From NCBI GenBank assembly GCA_044229975.1, contig JBGARZ010000013.1, forward strand, positions 192,001 through 256,000: DNA of 64,000 nucleotides. The letters are read 5' to 3'. This document shows positions 58,034 through 64,000 of this stretch, piece after piece. Positions within the stretch are counted from its first letter, which is position 1, and the number at the start of each line of letters is the position of its first letter. The position numbers and the translations under genes were made by a program. Under the pieces are notes generated by a model. The model did not search any database. It saw nothing but the letters and a program-made list of their open reading frames with translations, and was not told the origin of the DNA. Origin of the DNA: Polyangiales bacterium. GTDB lineage: Bacteria; Myxococcota_A; Polyangia; Polyangiales; Ga0077539.

Positions 58034-58870
58034 TCACAAAACGGGCTCGCCGGTCTTGAACGCCTGGACGCGCAGCGCGAACGTCCGCAGCGCCGCCACC
58101 AGCCCCGCGTCGTCCACGCGGGCGACTTGGATGACCGAGGCCACCTGGCCTCCATCGTCGACGTCGATGAGGTGATGGTCGAAGGCGGCGTGGACCTCCG
58201 CCTTGGTGACCCGCCTGCCCGTCGCGGTGAGCCTTGTGCCCCGGTGCAGCAGCCAGAGGCCATCCTCGGCATCCCGCCCGAAGCAGCCGTTGATGCCCCG
58301 TTCGGGCCGAACCGTGGTGGTCGGCACGTTGACCTCGACCACCGGGCAGATTCTTGGCACGGCCGGCGAGGGCGCGATCAGGATCGGCGTCCGGTTGCCC
58401 CAGTCCCCTTCGGCGCCAACGCCAACCGCGATCGCGCTCGCACCGCCCCGTGACCAGGTTCTCACCCCCTTGCCGGTGGAACCGTGGCCGGGAAAGCTCC
58501 AGTGCAGGGAGACCGTCTTCGGCATCTCCTGCTTCAGCGCCGAGCGGAGTTCGCGGAAGGCAGCGCTCACCTCCCGGGCCTTGAACAACACCCGCATGCC
58601 CGCTTCCTCATCGACGCGTTCGGAGGGCGAGCCGTCGTCCACCCCGCCGAACTGTTCGGTGCAGTTCGCGCAGTAGTCGAGGCCCGACCAGGGGCCGAAT
58701 CCCTGCTCACCCACACAGCCCTCGCAATGGGCCCCTCCACAGTTATTGCAATGGCTGGCCTCGTCGGCGCTCAGCTGTTCACCGCACACCACGCATGGCA
58801 CAGTGGCATCCCTGTCGGACCCGGCCCGCCCTGTCTTCCGCCTCGCCTTCGTCGATCCACGCTTGCTCAC
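58034..58870 (-). CDS. Hypothetical protein with N-terminal Cys-rich zinc finger
   Basis: CVVC..CNNC..HCEGC..CANC; C-terminal VEVNVP...GINGCFGRD...WLLHRG domain; RBS GGAGGGGAGG before GTG. Confidence 0.72.
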   Translation of the reverse strand: MSKRGSTKARRKTGRAGSDRDATVPCVVCGEQLSADEASHCNNCGGAHCEGCVGEQGFGPWSGLDYCANCTEQFGGVDDGSPSERVDEEAGMRVLFKAREVSAAFRELRSALKQEMPKTVSLHWSFPGHGSTGKGVRTWSRGGASAIAVGVGAEGDWGNRTPILIAPSPAVPRICPVVEVNVPTTTVRPERGINGCFGRDAEDGLWLLHRGTRLTATGRRVTKAEVHAAFDHHLIDVDDGGQVASVIQVARVDDAGLVAALRTFALRVQAFKTGEPVL

Positions 58871-58897
58871 AGACGCCTCCCCTCCACCGGTGGACCA

Positions 58898-61106
58898 TCA
58901 CTCCGTGACCGGAGTCTTCACCAACAACAACCACTGGAACACAGCCTCCACCCCACGCGCGTAGGCCTCGTCGGACACGTCCTCCGGCAGCCCCCCCAGC
59001 GCCCGCTTCACGCGCGCCCGCACCTTGTCCCGGAGTTGCTGGTGGAGCTTCCAGTCGAGGGACATCACCTTCGCGACCTCGCCCGGCAGCGCCTTCGCCA
59101 CAGCGGTGAGCGCCTCCTTGGGCGCGTCGCCCACGGCCCGCGCGAGGACGTCGCGGAACGCCAACTCATGCTCCGAGAGGCCCTCGCGCTCGGCGCGCGT
59201 CGACTCCGTCTTCAGCGTGCCGAGCAGCTTCACCAACTCCGCGAAGAAGGCCTCGGCGTTGTCGATGCCCTCGTTGTACCGCGCCACCAGCGCCTCGAAG
59301 CGCGCCTGGAGCTCGTCCCGCGTCGGGTTCGCCTGGAGGAGGTTGTTGAGCGCCCGCCGCACGACGGTCTGGAGGCTCATCGCGCTGGCGTTGGGCGTCT
59401 TCTGCTGCTGCGCGATCGCGTTCGCCAGGCCGTCCACGTCCAGGCGGCGCAGGTCGAGCGGCGCGCGTTCGTAACCCGGCGACCAGCCCTCGGTCACGCG
59501 GTGGACGACCACCGACTCGGCCAACATCGCCCGCACGCGGTCGACGTACTCGCTCACGTCGGGGCGGTCGATGGTGGCCCGGATGTAGCCCGCCACGTCT
59601 GTCAGGAACCCGTGCCGGAGCGCGAAGGGCTTCACCACGTCGTCGAGCACCATCGCCGAGAAGATCCGGTCGACGAGGTTCACCTGGGCCAGGAAGTTCC
59701 GCCGCCGATCGTCCGGGTGGATCAGCGCCTCCTTGGCTGCGTTGCGCAGCGCGAGCCGGTCGGCGAGCGAGACGTTCGGCGGCTCGCGTGGGTCGACGCC
59801 CGCGTCGCGCACCATGGTCTCGGCCGCGTCGATGGACCGCGCGAGCGCCGCGATCAGCGCCTTACGGGGTTGCACCGGGGTCGCGCCCGCCGGGGCGCCG
59901 GGCCGGTTGGCGTAGATCGACAGCGCGCTCCGCAGGTCATGGAACACCCCCGCGTAGTCGACGATCATCCCGCACGCCTTGCCCGCGTCGACGCGGTTGG
60001 CGCGCGCGATGGTCTGCATGAGCGTGTGGTTGCGCATCGGCTTGTCGAGGTAGATGACGTCGCAGCTCGGCACGTCGAAGCCCGTCATCCACATGCCGCA
60101 GACGAACACGATCCGCAGCGGGTGTTTCGGGTCCTTGAAGCAGGCGTCCAGGGCCGGCGGCTCGTTGATCCGCTTGCGGATGGGCACGATGTCCAGGGGG
60201 AAGCCCTGGAGGTTCGTGGTCGTGACCTTGTGGTTCTTGAAGTCGTCGACCTCGCCCTGCGACTCCGAGATCACCGGCGCCATCTCGGTCGCGCGCATCC
60301 AGGCGATGAGCTCGGCCAGGTCGTCCCGGCGCGTGGACCCCTCGGGCAGCGCCGCGTGCTCGGCCTCCAGCGCCACGAGCCGGGCGTCCCAGTGGCGCTT
60401 CACTCGCACCGACATTTCGACGGCGGTGAAGCGGTCGATCGAGACCACCATCGCCTTGCCGCGCGAGGTGCGCGACGTGTAGTGCTCGACCAGATCGCGG
60501 GCGACCTCGTCGAGCCGCGCGTCGTCCGTGATGAGGCTGTAGAGCTTCGCAAGCTCGCGCCGCAGCACCCGCGCCTCGTCGGGGTCGAGCGTCGCAGCCT
60601 CCAGCATCTTGTAGACGCGCTCGCCCAGCTCGGCGTCGGCGAGCTCGATGCGGGGCAGGCGGTTCTCGTAGTAGAGCGGAACCGTGGCCTCGTCGGCGAT
60701 CGCCTCCTCGAAGGGGTAGATCGAGAGGTAGTCGCCGAACTTGACCTTCGTCTCCCCGTCGGCGGACTTCGACGGCCCGTGAGCCCTGTCCACGTCGACC
60801 AGCGGCGTGCCCGTGAAGGCGAGGTAGCGCGCGTTGGGGAGGGCGTCGCGCATGTTGCTCGCGAAGGTGTCGTACTGCGAGCGGTGCGCCTCATCGGCCA
60901 TCACGACCACGTCGTCGCGGGTCGAGAGCGTGGGGTAGGTGGTGCCCTTCACCTCGGTCGAGAACTTCTGGATGAGCGTAAACACGTAGCGCTGGTCACC
61001 TCGGAGCAGCTCGCGCAGGTGGTCGCGCCCCTGGGCCTGCACGAGCACCTTACGCCCCTGCTTCGCGTCGGGCGCCCGCACGGCCCCGGCCGACACGAAA
61101 GTCTTA
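58898..61106 (-). pseudogene. hsdR: Type I restriction enzyme HsdR, C-terminal part (interrupted by IS)
   Basis: TLIQKF, DEAHRSQY, FTGTP, GKAMVV, MWMTGFDVP, YLDKPM..HTLMQTIARANRV, IVDY. Confidence 0.92.
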
Positions 61107-62441
61107 GGGCGTCGCAGTTTTCTCGTCGGGGTGCTGGTGCGTTCAGTGCGCTCCGTCGCCCCGCACGGCCTTCGGCGCGCAGAGGATCTCCACGAACCAC
61201 GCTTCCAAGCCCGCGAGACGCTGGACCTGCGCCTCGACTTTCGCCATCGCCGCACGCGTGAGCGAGATCCCCTTGGCGTACGTCGTGGTGACCAGTTGCA
61301 CGACGGGCGCGACCCCTTTCCAGGTCATGGTCTGAGCGAAGTTCACGACCGTCTCCACGGTGTCCAAGATGCTCCCATTCCAGTGCTGTTCGAGGACGCC
61401 CCAGCAGCGCTCCACGGGGTTGTACTTGCTGTGGTACGGCGGGTAGTAGGCGAGGCGTACGTTGATCCGATGGGCCTGCGCAAAGGCCACGATCCGCGAC
61501 AGAAACTGTGTGCGACGGCTCTGGTTTTCGGGCCCGTTGTCCTGAAGCAAAAGGAGCGTATCGACCTCCGGAAAGCGCGCCCGGTGAGCGCACCACCACG
61601 CCTCGATCCGATCGACGATGAAGTCCGCCGTGACGGGCCCCGTCGCCAGAGACACCGTCAGCTCGTTGTGGGCTGTGAGCAGGATGCCGTACGGCGTCAC
61701 CTTCGCCTCGGCCCCGTGGTCGTGATCGAGCGCAAACACCAGCACGCGACTGACGCCGTACCGAGAGAACTCCCCCACCTTGATGACGGCCTTGGCGTCC
61801 ATCGACAGTTCCAGCACGTTGGGCGAACGCGCGGCCGTCGCCCGCTCACGACTCATCTGTTCGAAGATGGCGTCCGTCGCGGCGACCTTTTTTTCGGCTT
61901 GGTCTTGGCCACGGCGCGCAGCCCATATCCCAGGTCGTTGAGCTTGACGCGGATCGTCTCCTCACACGGCAACTCCTCGTCCGTGTACCCCTTCTGCGCG
62001 ATGAGTTGCCGACGGACTTCGGCCGACGTGATGCGTGTGTAGAGCCGCTGCGTTTGAAAGCGCGGATCGGTCTGACTCTGACCATCGACGAGGTCGCGCA
62101 GATCCCGCATCAGGTTCGGCAGTCGCGATTGCGCCGTCGGACGTCCGCCGCCGGAGCGACCGTCGAGGCACTCGATCCCGGAGCGCAGCTCGTTCTTGCC
62201 TTTGCGCAACGTCCGCTCGTCCCAGTCGAGCGCGCGAACGGCTCGGTTCATCACGCCGTCGAACAGGTCGCGCACCGTCCGCGCCATGAACCGCCGACGT
62301 TCGCTGCCCTTCAAGGCGGCGGCCGTCTCCTTCAACACCTTCGTCACGTTGGTCGCGAGTTGCATGCCCGACTGCCTGGGAGCTCTGGCGAGCGCTGGAC
62401 ACCCTACGCCCGTTCAGCCCGAGCACTTTGCTGCGGCGCCC
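61107..62441 (-). mobile_element. ISAzo13-family insertion sequence (1335 bp)
   Basis: Terminal inverted repeats GGGCGTCGCAG / CTGCGGCGCCC (1 mismatch in 11); 3-bp target duplication TTA at 61104-61106 and 62442-62444; excision restores the hsdR frame (DDQIYKTFVSAG). Confidence 0.92.
61143..62365 (-). CDS. ISAzo13-family (Rhodopirellula-type DDE) transposase, two ORFs joined by a -1 frameshift
   Basis: OrfA LKGSERRRFMA..SQTDPRF..LYTRIT; A7G tract at 61887-61894; OrfB TDAIF..LSMDAKA..DHD..DNGPEN..YYPPYHSKYNPVERCWG.LE.HWNG. Confidence 0.92.
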
Positions 62442-63493
62442 TTATAGATCTGGTCGTCGAGGTCGTCGCGATCGGTGATCACCACGAAGGTCCAGTTGCC
62501 CGGCACCTTCCGCAGCGCCTTCTGCGAGAAGAACACCATCGAGTAGCTCTTGCCCGAGCCCTGCGTGTGCCAGAAGACGCCGAGGGGCGTACCCTTGGAC
62601 GGCGCCCCCACTCGGCGCGACGGGGCTTGGGTCTTCGATCGGCGTAGCGCCTCGACGGCGTTGTTCACGCCGAGGAACTGGTGGTTCTGCGCGACGATCT
62701 TCGCGAGGCCGCCGGGCACCTCCACGAAGAGCGTGAAGTTCTCGATCAGGTCGAGCATCCGCGCCGGGTCGCAGACGGCGCGCAGGAGGGTCGCCTGCCC
62801 GGGTGCCGGTGGCTCATCCTCGCGGGCGACGCGCTTCCAGGGCTTGAAGTGCTCCCAGCCGCTGGTGAGCGTTCCCAGGCGCGCATCGCTCCCCTGCGCG
62901 AACATCACGAGCGCGTTGAAGAGGAAGAGGCGCGGGATGGTCACGCGGTAGTCGGTGAAGTTCTCGTCGAAGGCCGCGCGCAGCGGGACGTCGGGAGACT
63001 TGAGCTCTACGAAGAGCAGCGGCAGACCGTTGACGAAGCCCACGAGGTCCGCCCGGCGGGTGTACACGTCGCCCCGCAGCTCGAACTCGCGCACGGCCAC
63101 GTAGCTGTTGCGCGCAGGCGTGTCCCAGTCGATCACGCGCACCCGCACCGTTTCGGTGCCGCTGTCGTCGGTCTTCACCTCCACCGGCACGCCGTCGCGC
63201 AGGAGCGCGTAGAGTTCCTGGTTGGCGCGTTCGAGCGAGAGTGCGCTGCGGTCGCGCAGGAGCTCGTTGAGCGCGGCCTCACGCGCCCCTGCGGGGACCG
63301 TGGGGTTCAGCACCTCGACCGCCTCGCGCAGTCGTCGCGGGAGCACGTGCTCGGTGTTGCTGCCCCGGCCGTAGGTCGACACCGCCCCACCGAAGGTCTC
63401 CTTGAAGCCGTTGTCGACGGTCCAGTGGAGCGCTTCGAGCTGCCCTTGGAAGACTGTGGCGACCGCCTGCTCCTTAAGGTTCGCGGAGGTCAT
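62414..63493 (-). pseudogene. hsdR: Type I restriction enzyme HsdR, N-terminal part (truncated by IS)
   Basis: RRADLVGFVNGLPLLFVELK nuclease motif, NHQFLGVN, FWHTQGSGKS Walker A, VITDRDDLDDQI; the frame ends inside the IS. Confidence 0.92.
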
Positions 63494-64000
63494 GCGAGTT
63501 CCTTCTTGCGACGCCCGTGACGCGGCGAGTTGGCGGATGGCAAGTCGGGTGGTGTGTCGTCAACGGCCTCAGGGGGCGGCAGCGGCAACCGCGAGACGTC
63601 AACCTCGCCCGATAGCAACTTGGGAAGGAGAAACCCGCGTAGCTTTCGGAGGGTCGCATTGCGAGTCCCAAGGGACTGCAATAGGGCGATGCAGGGTTCC
63701 AAGATCTCGTTGAGTGCGAGACGCTCGCTCTCGGTGCCGAGCGGAACTGCATACGTTGCCATGTCTTCCCACCGCGCACGCGGCATCTTCGACCCATTCG
63801 CTTTATTGCTGATTTCGGCAACGAAGTCATCGCTCGACGCGCACATCAACACGGCCAAGCGATCTAGCGCGCTGCGCGCGCGCATTACAATCGCGTCCGC
63901 AGAGGTTACGCCATCGAAAGCTACCGGGCCGACTTTGTGAAAGTAGGGCCGGATCTTCCCAAACAGGAGATCGCCAGCTTCGAACGGAATCTTCGAACTC
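63490..64000 (-). CDS. hsdS: Type I R-M specificity subunit HsdS, 3' part (runs off the window)
   Basis: Frame open to the edge: SSKIPFEAGDLLFGKIRPYFHKV..GSKMPRARW..LRKLRGFLLPKLLSGEVDV; ATGA overlap with hsdR. Confidence 0.9.
   Translation of the reverse strand, partial: SSKIPFEAGDLLFGKIRPYFHKVGPVAFDGVTSADAIVMRARSALDRLAVLMCASSDDFVAEISNKANGSKMPRARWEDMATYAVPLGTESERLALNEILEPCIALLQSLGTRNATLRKLRGFLLPKLLSGEVDVSRLPLPPPEAVDDTPPDLPSANSPRHGRRKKELA

Larger units (their letters stand above)
43793..64000. mobile_element. Integrative element/genomic island inserted at tRNA-Gly (right end beyond the window)
   Basis: Integrase ends about 15 bp after the tRNA 3' end; followed by xis-like, DUF932-like, extra beta-clamp, XRE, nuclease and type I R-M genes; patches of visibly lower GC. 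A second att copy was not seen. Confidence 0.85.

Noticed and set aside
43793..64000. Prophage call for the island
   Set aside because: No structural, terminase or lysis genes, and no conjugation genes, in the visible part; element class cannot be determined.

Overview
Very GC-rich bacterial DNA, most likely from a myxobacterium (mglB-mglA, a FrzS/AglZ-type pseudo-receiver, an FHA-sigma54 activator, Cys-rich repeat lipoproteins). Positions 1-43.7 kb are mostly core chromosome: ftsK, a flippase, mglBA, a TonB-dependent receptor, a hybrid kinase with a response regulator, ffh, a desaturase, rpe, glycosyltransferases, a DEAD-box helicase, a LeuA-like synthase, a thiolase, an L,D-transpeptidase and a dipeptidase. 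A small accessory patch at 20.3-23 kb holds a long inverted-repeat element, a collapsed ATPase/DUF4276 relic and a lipoprotein with a nuclease-like fold. From tRNA-Gly(CCC) at 43.72 kb to beyond the window end lies an integrative element. It carries a tyrosine integrase and an excisionase-like HTH gene, then a co-oriented module punctuated by hairpins (DUF932-like protein, sigma54 activator with no sensor domain plus a coupled partner ORF, and its own beta sliding clamp). After that come an XRE regulator with a palindromic operator, a secreted protein with tandem lectin-like domains, an XRE pseudogene, a lower-GC orphan PD-(D/E)XK nuclease and a Zn-finger protein. It ends with a type I R-M locus whose hsdR is cleanly split by an ISAzo13-family IS. 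All family assignments come from motif recognition by eye; no database searches were run.
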